Assembly (NCBI GenBank): GCA_937889945.1
Contig: CALBZC010000010.1
Location: forward strand, 129,666 to 193,665
Source: an uncultured Bacteroidales bacterium
Lineage (GTDB): Bacteria > Bacteroidota > Bacteroidia > Bacteroidales > UBA4417
Length of the DNA: 64,000 nucleotides
Direction of reading: 5' to 3'
The notes under the pieces are model-generated. The model was not told the DNA's origin. It ran no database searches and saw nothing but the letters and a program-made list of their open reading frames with translations. Shown here piece by piece: positions 1 to 9,860 of the stretch (positions are counted from its first letter, which is position 1; every line of letters begins with the position of its first letter). The translations under genes were made by a program, and so were the position numbers.

Positions 1-12
1 TATATAATATCG

Positions 13-1572
13 TTATTTACATTTTTTTTGTGCCAACATAATTGCATTATAAGCATTTATAATGCCTCCGCTCTTTGATAAACTTTCAAAAGGTACTTTT
101 TCCCTATTTTCTCTTTCTTCGGTATTGGGAATCAATACTTGCAAATCAGGAAGAAGGGTAACGCTTTGCATAAGTATATCTATCATTTCTGCCGGTTTTA
201 TTTGGGGGTAATAACTTAGTATTAATGCGGAAATTCCGCTTACAACAGGGCATGCATCGCTTGTGCCACTTGCAATATTATATGAGTTGGCTGTGTCTAA
301 AGAAATAATATCTACGCCGGGCGCAAATAAATCCACATGCTTTTTTCCATAATTTGAAAATATGGCGGCGGTTTTTTCGTTTTTATCTTTTGCCGAAGCT
401 CCAACGTTTATCCAGTTTGTTATTTCATTGCCATCTAAATATCTATCGCTGGGGTAACTTTCTTCCTTATCTATATTTGTGCCTTCATTTCCTGCAGCGT
501 GAATGAGTAAGACACCTTTTTTTTCTGCATATCTAACAGCTTGGTCAACGAAATCTTTATGCGGAGATAGAGGTTTCCCGAAACTCATGTTAATGATGTC
601 AGCCCCATTATCCACAGCATACATAATTGCCAACGCTATATCCTTGTCGTTCTCATCTCCGTTAGGCACTACACGCAGCGACATAATTTTAACATTGTCG
701 GCAATCCCGTTTATGCCTATGTTATTATCGCGAACGGCGGCAATGATTCCCGCAACAGAAGTTCCGTGGTCGGCACGCTCTCCTTTCACATCATTGTTTC
801 CGTAGTTGCGATCATTTAAATCATCCGGATTATCGCCAATAATCTGTGGACGGGGGTTAAAATCCTTATTTAAAAGGTAATTCATATTTTCTTCGCTGTG
901 GGTTTTAAAATTTTTTAAATCTTCTTCTGTCATACCCATTTCGTAGCGTTCCATCAGGAAGGCTTTTGCGGCAATAACATCTTCATTTTTACTGTTTACC
1001 TTTTCTAAATCTTTTTTATTTTCAATGGTTATGCCTGTTTTTTGGAAAATAATAAATTTAGCCTGATAATAAACATCTTCAAATTGTTTTAGCATTTGTG
1101 CTTCTTCACGTTTTTGCTTCAGGTTTTTTTCGTAAAGTTTTTTGGCTTTGTTGTAATTAGGGTCATTAGGATTTTTCAGAATGCGGGTATATTCATAACT
1201 TTCATAAATTAAATTTTCCCCGTTTCTGTTGCCTATAAAATTCCACCCGTGAATATCATCCACATAGCCGTTTTTGTCATCATCAATATTATTATTGGGA
1301 ATTTCTTTGGTGTTTGTCCATATTTTTCCTGCAAAATCTTCATGTGTAATGTCCACTCCACCATCAATAACAGCCACGATTACCGTTTTTTTAGGTTTTA
1401 GGTTTTTTAATGCTTCATAAGCTTTATCTACGCTTGCTCCTAATACATTATCGTTAGCGTAATCTTTGTTAAACCAATTAATATATTCTGGTTTGAAATC
1501 TGCTAATGATTTTTTTTGCCCCATGGAAAATAAAGGCAATAGTGAAATCAATATAATAATTATACGTTTCAT
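13..1572 (-). CDS. S8 family (subtilisin-like) secreted serine peptidase
   Basis: Catalytic triad contexts are present: VAVIDGGVD (Asp), HGTSVAGIIAA (His) and SGTSDACPVVSG (Ser). A signal peptide (MKRIIIILISLLPLFSMG) starts at the internal ATG at 1572. I prefer that start over 1608, which overlaps the upstream gene. Confidence 0.85.
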   Translation of the reverse strand: MKRIIIILISLLPLFSMGQKKSLADFKPEYINWFNKDYANDNVLGASVDKAYEALKNLKPKKTVIVAVIDGGVDITHEDFAGKIWTNTKEIPNNNIDDDKNGYVDDIHGWNFIGNRNGENLIYESYEYTRILKNPNDPNYNKAKKLYEKNLKQKREEAQMLKQFEDVYYQAKFIIFQKTGITIENKKDLEKVNSKNEDVIAAKAFLMERYEMGMTEEDLKNFKTHSEENMNYLLNKDFNPRPQIIGDNPDDLNDRNYGNNDVKGERADHGTSVAGIIAAVRDNNIGINGIADNVKIMSLRVVPNGDENDKDIALAIMYAVDNGADIINMSFGKPLSPHKDFVDQAVRYAEKKGVLLIHAAGNEGTNIDKEESYPSDRYLDGNEITNWINVGASAKDKNEKTAAIFSNYGKKHVDLFAPGVDIISLDTANSYNIASGTSDACPVVSGISALILSYYPQIKPAEMIDILMQSVTLLPDLQVLIPNTEERENREKVPFESLSKSGGIINAYNAIMLAQKKCK

Positions 1573-1600
1573 ATATAAATTTAAATTAATTGAATTGTTT

Positions 1601-2323
1601 TTATTCAAAAGTAATGCTTAGCTGAAATACTTTTGAGGATAATTTTTTGAGAGGTGCTGCATATGGACCCTCCTCATGTTTAAGGATGTCCAGAAATCCG
1701 TAAGACATGGAGGCTTCTACAGCAAATTTGAAATAAGGTGTGTAAAAATCAAAGCCTACACCGCCTAAAGCAGCCAAATCATTAGGTTTAAGCGTAATTT
1801 TTATTTCGTCTTTTTTTTGCTTGCGCAAGATGCCGCTTAAGTCGTATGAGTATTTTCCACCTGTAAAAATATAGGGTCGTAAATTATGAAGTCTGTCGCC
1901 TTTAAACTTTACCAATAATGGAAATTCTACCAATGTTGAAATTACATTTTTTGTTTCGCTTTCGGTATCAAAATTATATTGGATATTTTTGCTTGCAAAT
2001 GTAAGAGTAGGGGTGAGGCGCAAGTCAAAATGTTCCGCCAAACGTAGGTTCCCCACAAATCCTATATTAAAACCCAACGAAGGTATAGCTTCTACGCTTC
2101 TTAGCGGTAATCCGTTTATGGTTGTATTATCAAGTACGTCAGGTTGTAGTTTAATGGTAAAAAAACTTTGGTTAATGCCAAGCAAATATCCGTAATGAAA
2201 CCATTCATCATCAAAATATGTGAGGTTAGGGGATGATTTGTATTGTTGACCAAAGCTATGGACATTAAACAACAAAATGCCGGTGAGAATATAAAGAAAG
2301 AGTTTTTGTTTGTGGTTTTTCAT
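1601..2323 (-). CDS. porT: PorT-like outer membrane beta-barrel protein
   Basis: 240 aa with a signal peptide, alternating hydrophobic beta-strand pattern and a C-terminal aromatic residue (ITFE). Its size and position directly downstream of ubiE match the PorT/SprT arrangement I recall in Bacteroidota. The symbol is tentative. Confidence 0.55.
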   Translation of the reverse strand: MKNHKQKLFLYILTGILLFNVHSFGQQYKSSPNLTYFDDEWFHYGYLLGINQSFFTIKLQPDVLDNTTINGLPLRSVEAIPSLGFNIGFVGNLRLAEHFDLRLTPTLTFASKNIQYNFDTESETKNVISTLVEFPLLVKFKGDRLHNLRPYIFTGGKYSYDLSGILRKQKKDEIKITLKPNDLAALGGVGFDFYTPYFKFAVEASMSYGFLDILKHEEGPYAAPLKKLSSKVFQLSITFE

Positions 2324-2375
2324 GTGTAAATGCTTGTTAATTTACGTTTTACACCGTTAAATTTTTGTAAAGATA

Positions 2376-3098
2376 TTATTTTTTCCCCACATATAGGTTT
2401 GTAATACCAAAACTTAACTTTTTAAATGAGGATTCAGCGAAACCGGCTTCTTTTAAAATTTTTGTAAATTCTTCATTTTGAGGGAATACGGCAACAGATT
2501 CGGGTAAATAAGTATATGCCGAATTATCTTTGGATATAAGCTTTCCTATAACGGGCAATATGGATTTAAAATAAAATTTATACAATTGTTTTACCGGAAA
2601 TGTGGTAGGTTGAGAGAACTCAAGGATATAAGCTTTGCATCCGGGTTTTAGTACACGGTGCATTTCGGTTATTCCTTTTTTCAGGTTTTCATAGTTGCGC
2701 ACGCCATAAGCTACCATTGCCGCGTCAAATGTATTTTCGTCAAAGGGTAGGTTTTCAGAGTCTGCTTGTTGTAGCGTTATGATAGCGGATAAATTTTCTT
2801 TTTGTATTTTTTCTTTTCCAATTTCAAGCATTTCCTGGGCAATATCTACGCCCATAATATGTTGAGGATGAAGTTTCTTAGCTGCCATAATGGCTAAATC
2901 TCCGGTTCCTGTGGCTATGTCAAGGATATTTTTCGGATTTCCCTTTCCCATTTGTTTAACAAGCTCTTTGCGCCACAACTTGTCGATGCCAAAGGACAAG
3001 AAATGATTAAGAAAATCATAATGTCCTGCGATATTATTGAACATTTGCTGCACTTGTTGTTTGCGTCCGGGTACTTGTGTAATGGGCGGTTTTGTCAT
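2376..3098 (-). CDS. ubiE: demethylmenaquinone / ubiquinone C-methyltransferase UbiE/MenG
   Basis: 240 aa. It has the SAM-binding motif ILDIATGTGDLA and an N-terminal FNNIAGHYDFLNHFLSFGIDKLWR block typical of the UbiE family. Confidence 0.9.
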   Translation of the reverse strand: MTKPPITQVPGRKQQVQQMFNNIAGHYDFLNHFLSFGIDKLWRKELVKQMGKGNPKNILDIATGTGDLAIMAAKKLHPQHIMGVDIAQEMLEIGKEKIQKENLSAIITLQQADSENLPFDENTFDAAMVAYGVRNYENLKKGITEMHRVLKPGCKAYILEFSQPTTFPVKQLYKFYFKSILPVIGKLISKDNSAYTYLPESVAVFPQNEEFTKILKEAGFAESSFKKLSFGITNLYVGKK

Positions 3099-3121
3099 AT
3101 ATATTAATAATTAAAGTGTGT

Positions 3122-4138
3122 TTATTTGCATAGGATATTTTTAGCTTCGCAAAGCAGTTGTGTTTTATTAACGGCAACCACACCCGATTGTTCACATACA
3201 ATGCCTCCTGCAAGATTAGCCAGTGATGCGGTAAGTATCAGATCGGTGGTGGATGCAAGACAGAGCGCCGTTACACCTATAACCGTATCGCCTGCTCCGG
3301 AAACATCGGATATGTTTCTTACTACAGCCGGAATAAGAGCCACAAGCTTATGTCCGTTTTCGTTATTACTTATAAAAACCCCATTTTCTGAAAGTGTAAT
3401 CATAGCCGTTTTGATGTTATATTCGTTGTGCAAAATATCTGCGGCAGACTGGAGGCTTTTCTCCGATAATGGATTGACAGTAATACCTAAGCCTTCATTA
3501 ATTTCTTTCAGGTTAGGTTTGAAAAGGCTTATATTTTTAAAATTCTTGAAATTTTTCTTTTTAGGGTCAACGGCAACAGCAATGTTGTTATGCGTTGCCA
3601 TGTCAATTACCTCGTTTATAATGGATGTTGTTAAAACACCTTTGTTATAATCCTGTAAAATAATAACTTTTGGTTTTTCGCTTTTTATAAGGGTTTCTAT
3701 TTTATTAAGAAGCTGTTGTGTTTCATCTGTATCAATATCCGTGTCAATTTCGTCATCAATGCGCAGCATCTGCATTTTATTTCCTATAACCCTGTATTTT
3801 GTAGTGGTTACACGGTTTTCGCTTTTTAAGATGCCATCTGTTGAAAGTCCCTGCTTTTTCATGAGCGCAAGATATTCTTCTCCTTGTCTGTCGGTGCCAA
3901 TTACGGAACATAAAATAGCTTTGCCTCCTAAAGACGCGATGTTTAGCGCTACGTTTGCCGCACCACCCAACATGCTTTCTCTTTTTTTGAGCGCTACAAT
4001 GGGTACAGGCGCTTCGGGCGAAATGCGTGTAACTTCGCCTCTCAGGTATGAATCAATCATTACATCGCCTATTATCATTACAGTTGCATCCTTAAATGAT
4101 TGAAAAAGGTTTTCTATTTCTATGCTCTTATAGCCCAT
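3122..4138 (-). CDS. PfkB-family carbohydrate kinase (RfaE domain I-like heptose-7-phosphate kinase)
   Basis: 338 aa. It has the ribokinase-family motifs GGAANVA near the N-terminus and DVSGAGDTV near the C-terminus. There is no adenylyltransferase domain. Confidence 0.75.
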   Translation of the reverse strand: MGYKSIEIENLFQSFKDATVMIIGDVMIDSYLRGEVTRISPEAPVPIVALKKRESMLGGAANVALNIASLGGKAILCSVIGTDRQGEEYLALMKKQGLSTDGILKSENRVTTTKYRVIGNKMQMLRIDDEIDTDIDTDETQQLLNKIETLIKSEKPKVIILQDYNKGVLTTSIINEVIDMATHNNIAVAVDPKKKNFKNFKNISLFKPNLKEINEGLGITVNPLSEKSLQSAADILHNEYNIKTAMITLSENGVFISNNENGHKLVALIPAVVRNISDVSGAGDTVIGVTALCLASTTDLILTASLANLAGGIVCEQSGVVAVNKTQLLCEAKNILCK

Positions 4139-4156
4139 TATTTTTTCTTTTTTTAA

Positions 4157-5359
4157 TTATTGTAAATTTTTAAGCGCTTTTTCTATTCTTTCCATAGCTT
4201 TTCTCAAAAGCTCTTCCGATGCTGCATACGAAAGCCTTATACATTGAGGCATTCCAAATGCCGACCCAGGCACTGTGGCAACATGGGCTTCATTTAAAAG
4301 ATAGTTGCACAAATCTTCTCCGTTATTGATTTTTTCTCCATTGAAAGATTTACCAAAATATGAAGATACTTCAGGGAATACATAAAACGCGCCTTGCGGT
4401 ACATTTAATTTCAATCCAGGAATTTTATTTAACAAATTTAGGAGTAAATCTCTACGATATAAAAAAGCATCAACCATTTGTTTGATGTCTTTATTGTTTT
4501 TTGGATCAGCTTTAAATGCTTCAATGGCTGCACGCTGTGCTACAGAACATGTGCCTGACGTAATTTGTCCTTGGTATTTTTCACATGCTTTGGCAATTTC
4601 CTTGTGTGCTGCAACATATCCTATGCGCCAGCCGGTCATTGCAAATCCTTTACTCAACCCGTTTATAACAATCACACGGTCGTAGATGTTTTCAAAAGAA
4701 GCCAGACTGCAATGTTTACCTTCAAAATTGATATATTCGTATATTTCGTCAGAAATTACAAATACATGTGGGTGCCGCTCCAGTACCTGCGCTATGGATT
4801 TCAATTCGCCAAAACTATAAACAGCACCCGATGGATTGGAGGGACTGTTAAGCAACAAGAGTTTAGTGTTTGCGGTAATGGCAGCCTCAATTTGAGCAGC
4901 AGTAACTTTAAAATTACTTTGCACAGAGCTTTCCACATATATTGGTTTTCCTTTGGCAAGTTTTACAATTTCTCTGTAAGAAACCCAATAAGGTGTGGGT
5001 ATTATAACTTCTTCACCGGGGTTTACCATACAGAGTATAACGTTAGCCAATGCTTGTTTGGCGCCTGTTGAAACAACAATTTGGTCAGAAGTATAAGTGA
5101 GTCCGTTATCGCGTTTTAGCTTTTCTGCTATGGCTTCTCGCAACTCAGGGTATCCGGCTACGGGCGAATAATGTGTGTAGTTTTCATCCAATGCTTTTTT
5201 TGCTTGGTCTTTTACAAATTCGGGCGTGTTAAAATCAGGCTCTCCAATGCTGAGATTTATAACATCAAACCCCTTGGCTTTTAGCTCACGACTGCGGCGC
5301 GACATGGAAAGAGTTTCGGACTCTGAAAGGGACTTAATTCTTTCTGATAAATACTTCAT
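4157..5359 (-). CDS. class I/II pyridoxal-phosphate aminotransferase (aspartate aminotransferase-like)
   Basis: PLP-lysine context SKGFAMTGWRIGY, with NSPSNPSG and DEIY motifs. I chose the ATG at 5359 (MKYLSERI) over the upstream TTG at 5386. Confidence 0.85.
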   Translation of the reverse strand: MKYLSERIKSLSESETLSMSRRSRELKAKGFDVINLSIGEPDFNTPEFVKDQAKKALDENYTHYSPVAGYPELREAIAEKLKRDNGLTYTSDQIVVSTGAKQALANVILCMVNPGEEVIIPTPYWVSYREIVKLAKGKPIYVESSVQSNFKVTAAQIEAAITANTKLLLLNSPSNPSGAVYSFGELKSIAQVLERHPHVFVISDEIYEYINFEGKHCSLASFENIYDRVIVINGLSKGFAMTGWRIGYVAAHKEIAKACEKYQGQITSGTCSVAQRAAIEAFKADPKNNKDIKQMVDAFLYRRDLLLNLLNKIPGLKLNVPQGAFYVFPEVSSYFGKSFNGEKINNGEDLCNYLLNEAHVATVPGSAFGMPQCIRLSYAASEELLRKAMERIEKALKNLQ

Positions 5360-6027
5360 AGCTAAATAAAAATCAATATTTATCAAGCAAAATTAAAAAA
5401 TAATTCATTTATACGTTATGTTTTATTAAGTAGCCAGATGAAAATTTAATTTTTTTCATGTTCGTGAATTTTGAAGTAATAACCTATGTAAAGCGCGTAG
5501 GTGAAGCAGTGCAAGCTATACTATATTCTCAAGCTCGAAGATAGAAAATAGGACAAAATAAGTTATAAGCCTTTTTTATTGCTTAATTGTAGCGTTTTTT
5601 AATTTTTTATCCATGTAAGTGAAAATGTTTTTCCCCTAAATGGCTAAAGTTATCGGTAATATTATTTTTAGTAGCATTTAAAAAGCCCTTTATCTAAATT
5701 TCCTACCATATTTAGCATTAAATCATGTAACTTATTTTTCAAGCTTTACTTAAGTTTTTTTTACATTTGGTAAGCTTTAGATATATCTAAAAAAACAAAT
5801 AAAATAAAGTTGTAAACTAATTGAAATTTATTTGCTATGATATTGATTAATATATGTTTGTGCGTAAGAAAACTTACAATAATCAAGATTATTATAAATA
5901 AAAAATGGTGTGTAATGCTGGCTGACTTGAAAATAAATAAATTTTAATTGTACATTTGAAACAAAAAGATTTTAATTCTTACGACTATACATACAAGGTT
6001 TTGATTTTACTGTTAAACACAAAAATT

Positions 6028-7617
6028 ATGAAAAAATCTTCAAGAGTATCGTTTTTATCGAAGGGGTTGTTATTTGCCTTTCTTCTTGTTTTTTATCAGT
6101 CAAAAGCGCAAAGTGTTGTAAACAAAGCTTTACAAAGCATTACGTCCGCACAAATAAAGGAATATATTGATTATTTGGCTTCAGATGAGATGAAGGGGAG
6201 AGCCACGCCAAGTGTTGAGCTTGATAAAGCGGCGCAATATATTGCCGATAAGTTTGCAGCTTTTGGTATTCAAAAGATAAATAATACATATTTTCAGGAA
6301 GTGCCTTTCTGTGCACCTGATTTAGTAAAGGAAAAATGTAGTTTCACGATAACCCGTAATGGACAAACAAAAGAGTTTACTCTTAAAAATCAGTATAATC
6401 CTTTATTTAATACGGCAAGTGGTAGTTTAAACGCTGCGGTAGTTTTTGTCGGGTATGGTATTACGGCACCGGAATATAACTATGATGATTATAAAAATAT
6501 AGATGTTAAAGGGAAAATAGTATTGGTAATGAAGCACGAACCGGGCGAAAATGATAAAAACAGTATATTTGACGGTGTGCGTAATACTAAGTATGCTTCA
6601 ATTGAAACTAAAATTGAAAACGCGGTTGCACATGGAGCTGCGGGTTTGTTGTTGGTTACCGATCCGCTTAATCATTACAGCCTTCACCCACAGGGATATA
6701 ACTGGAAGAGCCTTTCCTCTTTTGTTTATGAGGGTTTAAACTATGAACTGTGTGATGGCGAACGTAAAATACCTGCCGTGCAAGTAGGGGAGAATGTCAT
6801 TGAAATGCTGTTGGGAAATGTGGATGAGCTGAAAAAAATACAGCAAAATATAGATAAACTTATGCAACCCAATTCTTTTGAAATAAAAGGAGCAAAGGTT
6901 GAACTTGCCACAGAGATAAATTTAAACAGCATGAATTCTAAAAATGTTGTGGGTTATATAGAAGGTAGCGATGCGACGCTCAAAAAAGAATATATTGTGA
7001 TAGGCGCGCATTATGACCATATAGGTTACAAGAAAAAACACAAACAGGGTGAGGATTATATTTTCAATGGAGCTGATGACAATGCTTCGGGCACTGCGGG
7101 CGTTATAGCTATAGCCAACGCTTTGTCCCGCATGAAAGAAAAACCTAAAAGAAGTGTCATATTTATTTTATTTACAGCAGAAGAGGTAGGGTTGATAGGT
7201 TCTGAATATTATGTAAACCATCCGTTGTTTCCTTTGGAAAATACACGTGCCATGCTTAATTTAGATATGATTTCACGTAATCATATTGATTCTCTTGAGT
7301 TTGAAGGTGCAGAAATAAATCCTGATTTGGGCAAAATTGTGGAACAGGAAAACCAACATGAGGGCTTTGTTTTGTATAAACCAACGCGAGATTTATATGG
7401 TTTTAGCGACCATTATAACTTTTTTAAAAAGAATATAACGGCAATGAGTTTCTTTACCGGATTGCACGAAGATTATCATAAAGTAGGAGATAATCCTGAT
7501 AAAATAAATGCCGAAAAGGCTGCAAGGGTTTCCAAACTTGCTTTCCGCGTATTATGGAATGTGGCAAATGATAATAAGCATTACCAAACAAAAGAGTATA
7601 AAGCAAGATTTTTTTAA
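6028..7617 (+). CDS. M28 family metallopeptidase with PA domain
   Basis: Zinc-ligand contexts are present: GAHYDHIG, GADDNASG, EEVGLIGS and SDHYNF. A signal peptide starts at the ATG at 6028 (MKKSSRVSFLSKGLLFAFLLVFYQSKAQS). The ORF track start at 5956 is a TTG further upstream. Confidence 0.85.
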   Translation: MKKSSRVSFLSKGLLFAFLLVFYQSKAQSVVNKALQSITSAQIKEYIDYLASDEMKGRATPSVELDKAAQYIADKFAAFGIQKINNTYFQEVPFCAPDLVKEKCSFTITRNGQTKEFTLKNQYNPLFNTASGSLNAAVVFVGYGITAPEYNYDDYKNIDVKGKIVLVMKHEPGENDKNSIFDGVRNTKYASIETKIENAVAHGAAGLLLVTDPLNHYSLHPQGYNWKSLSSFVYEGLNYELCDGERKIPAVQVGENVIEMLLGNVDELKKIQQNIDKLMQPNSFEIKGAKVELATEINLNSMNSKNVVGYIEGSDATLKKEYIVIGAHYDHIGYKKKHKQGEDYIFNGADDNASGTAGVIAIANALSRMKEKPKRSVIFILFTAEEVGLIGSEYYVNHPLFPLENTRAMLNLDMISRNHIDSLEFEGAEINPDLGKIVEQENQHEGFVLYKPTRDLYGFSDHYNFFKKNITAMSFFTGLHEDYHKVGDNPDKINAEKAARVSKLAFRVLWNVANDNKHYQTKEYKARFF

Positions 7618-7656
7618 AAACAAACTATATTAATTTATTAAAAACAAATCAAAAAC

Positions 7657-8502
7657 ATGAAAAAACTGACCCGATTTTTAGGCGTTGCCTTGTTGCTGGC
7701 ATCAACGCACACATTTGCACAGGAGGCTTTTATGCTGAAATACAATTTGCAACCTAATAAAAAATATATCCAAGAGGTTACTACTACCCAAAATGTTGTA
7801 CAATCCATGATGGGACAAGAGATAAAAGCTGATGTGGATGTAAAAGGTGAAACGGAAATGATTGTAGAAAAGGTAGAAACATCAGGGAATGCCAATATTT
7901 TATATACCATCAGGAATTTTTCTGTTCGTTCGGCTGCTATGGGAAAAGATACCACTATGAATTTTAAAGATGTAAATAATAAAATTTCGGTAACGGTAAG
8001 TCCTTTAGGTAAAAATTTAGCCACTAAAGACGTTACAGAACCAAATGTGAAAAAAATTCCCGGCATTGATGAACTTTCCAAAAATCTTAAATTTATGATT
8101 CTACCCGGTAAAAATGTAAAAGTTGGCGAAGAATGGAAAGACACACAAATAGACAGCATAAAGCCTTCGGTTAGCAATCCGTTTCTCCTTATTTCCAAGC
8201 AGGATGTAGAGTATAAACTGGTTGGGAAAGAAGCAAAAGACGGAAAACAATATATTAAAATATTAAGCAAAGGACCGATAATGGTTTCAGGAAAAGGCGA
8301 ACAAATGGGTATGGAAATGATGCTCGAAGGAAGCGGTAAGTTTGAAGCTGTTACTTACTTAGATTCGCAAACAATGATGGCTATGTATTCGGAAGTAACT
8401 ATGGGTAATGATATGACTATTTCTATCGTTGGACAACAGAACATGACTATTCCGATGACGCAAAACGGGAAAACTATCGTGAAAATTACGGAGAAAAAAT
8501 AG
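7657..8502 (+). CDS. secreted hypothetical protein
   Basis: 281 aa with a clear signal peptide (MKKLTRFLGVALLLASTHTFAQE) and coherent beta-rich composition. No motif was recognised. Confidence 0.7.
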   Translation: MKKLTRFLGVALLLASTHTFAQEAFMLKYNLQPNKKYIQEVTTTQNVVQSMMGQEIKADVDVKGETEMIVEKVETSGNANILYTIRNFSVRSAAMGKDTTMNFKDVNNKISVTVSPLGKNLATKDVTEPNVKKIPGIDELSKNLKFMILPGKNVKVGEEWKDTQIDSIKPSVSNPFLLISKQDVEYKLVGKEAKDGKQYIKILSKGPIMVSGKGEQMGMEMMLEGSGKFEAVTYLDSQTMMAMYSEVTMGNDMTISIVGQQNMTIPMTQNGKTIVKITEKK

Positions 8503-8533
8503 TATATTTTTCTGGATACATCCTCTAAAGCAA

Positions 8534-8569
8534 CAAAGGTCTGATTATATTTTTGTAATCAGACCTTTG
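8534..8569. terminator. hairpin between convergent genes (possible bidirectional terminator)
   Basis: Perfect 14-bp stem caaaggtctgatta / taatcagacctttg with an 8-nt loop. There is no strong U-tract on either side. Confidence 0.4.
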
Positions 8570-8606
8570 CTGTTAGGGACAATTGATAGGATATTTCTGT
8601 AAATTA

Positions 8607-9770
8607 TTATTCAAAAACAATATCTTCGAGTTCTGTTTTAATGGTAAGTTTTTTAGTCGGGTGAGGTTCGCAATAACCTATAATGCGCGCATCTACTCCA
8701 AATGATTTTGAAATATTGATAATATCAGCAGCAATTTCTTTTGGTACATAAAGTTCCATGCGATGCCCCATGTTAAAAACCTGCATCATTTCTCGCAGCG
8801 ATGCTCCGGACTGTTCGTAAATCATGTTAAACAAGGGAGGCATGGGAAATAAGTTATCTTTTATAATATATATATTTTTAGTAAAATGCAGTACTTTGGT
8901 TTGTCCGCCGCCGCTGCAATGTATCATGCCATGTATTTGTTTTCTGTATCTTTCCAATATTTTTTTAATAATGGGGGCGTAGGTGCGTGTGGGAGAAAGA
9001 ACCAGTTTGCCGGCATCAATGCCTTCGATTTCTGTAGGCGAAGTAAGCTGCATTTTTCCTGAATATACAAGGTTCTTATCAATATCACTGTTATAACTTT
9101 CGGGATATTTCTCCGCGTATATTTTGTTAAACACATCATGGCGTGCAGAGGTGAGCCCGTTGCTTCCCATGCCTCCGTTGTATTCATTTTCGTATATGGC
9201 TTTACCAAAAGATGCTAAGCCTACAATTACATCTCCTGCCTGGATGTTGTTTTCAATAATTTCGTTGCGTTTTACTCTTGCCAATACTGTGCTATCCACA
9301 ATTATTGTTTTTACTAAGTCTCCAACATCGGCGGTTTCGCCTCCCGTAGAATGTATGCCTACGCCGTTTGCGCGAAGCATGCTCAGGCATTTTTCTGTTC
9401 CTTTTATAATGGAACTTATAACTTCGCCGGGTATTAAATTTTTGTTTCTTCCTATGGTAGAAGATAAAAGTATATTATCTGTAATACCTACGCAGAGTAA
9501 ATCGTCAGTATTCATAATTACCGCATCCTGCGCTATTCCTTCCCAAACAGAAATGTCTCCTGTCTCTTTCCAATAAATATATGCCAATGATGATTTAGTA
9601 CCTGCACCATCGGCATGCATCACGCAACAATATTCATCATCATTATTTAACAAATCAGGCACTACCTTGCAAAAGGCATTAGGGAAAAGACCTTTATCTA
9701 TATTTTTGATAGCATTATGAACATCTTCTTTTTGCGATGAAACGCCTCTTTGTGCATACCGATCTGTCAT
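8607..9770 (-). CDS. purM: AIR synthase-related protein (PurM-like phosphoribosylformylglycinamidine cyclo-ligase)
   Basis: 387 aa. It has PurM-superfamily blocks (HADGAGTKS, DDLLCVG, GGETAD) and a C-terminal AIRS_C-like region. This is the long Bacteroidota form. Confidence 0.7.
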   Translation of the reverse strand: MTDRYAQRGVSSQKEDVHNAIKNIDKGLFPNAFCKVVPDLLNNDDEYCCVMHADGAGTKSSLAYIYWKETGDISVWEGIAQDAVIMNTDDLLCVGITDNILLSSTIGRNKNLIPGEVISSIIKGTEKCLSMLRANGVGIHSTGGETADVGDLVKTIIVDSTVLARVKRNEIIENNIQAGDVIVGLASFGKAIYENEYNGGMGSNGLTSARHDVFNKIYAEKYPESYNSDIDKNLVYSGKMQLTSPTEIEGIDAGKLVLSPTRTYAPIIKKILERYRKQIHGMIHCSGGGQTKVLHFTKNIYIIKDNLFPMPPLFNMIYEQSGASLREMMQVFNMGHRMELYVPKEIAADIINISKSFGVDARIIGYCEPHPTKKLTIKTELEDIVFE

Positions 9771-9821
9771 GATAACGAAAATTAAAATGCAAATTTACAA
9801 AACCTATTTATCTTATAATAA

Positions 9822-9851
9822 TAAAAAAACCCCGTCGAATTAGGCGGGGTT
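9822..9851 (-). terminator. rho-independent terminator of secDF
   Basis: On the minus strand the stem is aaccccgcc...ggcggggtt-type (ccccg/cgggg core). It is followed by a T-run and lies 10 nt past the secDF stop. Confidence 0.7.
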
Positions 9852-9860
9852 GTTTATTTT

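Noticed and set aside
5480-5530. Possible third, fragmentary copy of the MITE-like element (cctatgt... gaagcagtgcaagctat resembles gaagctgtgcttcaaagctat)
   Set aside because: The similarity is limited to about 20 nt. The order of the blocks does not match either orientation of the element, and no terminal inverted repeat is present.
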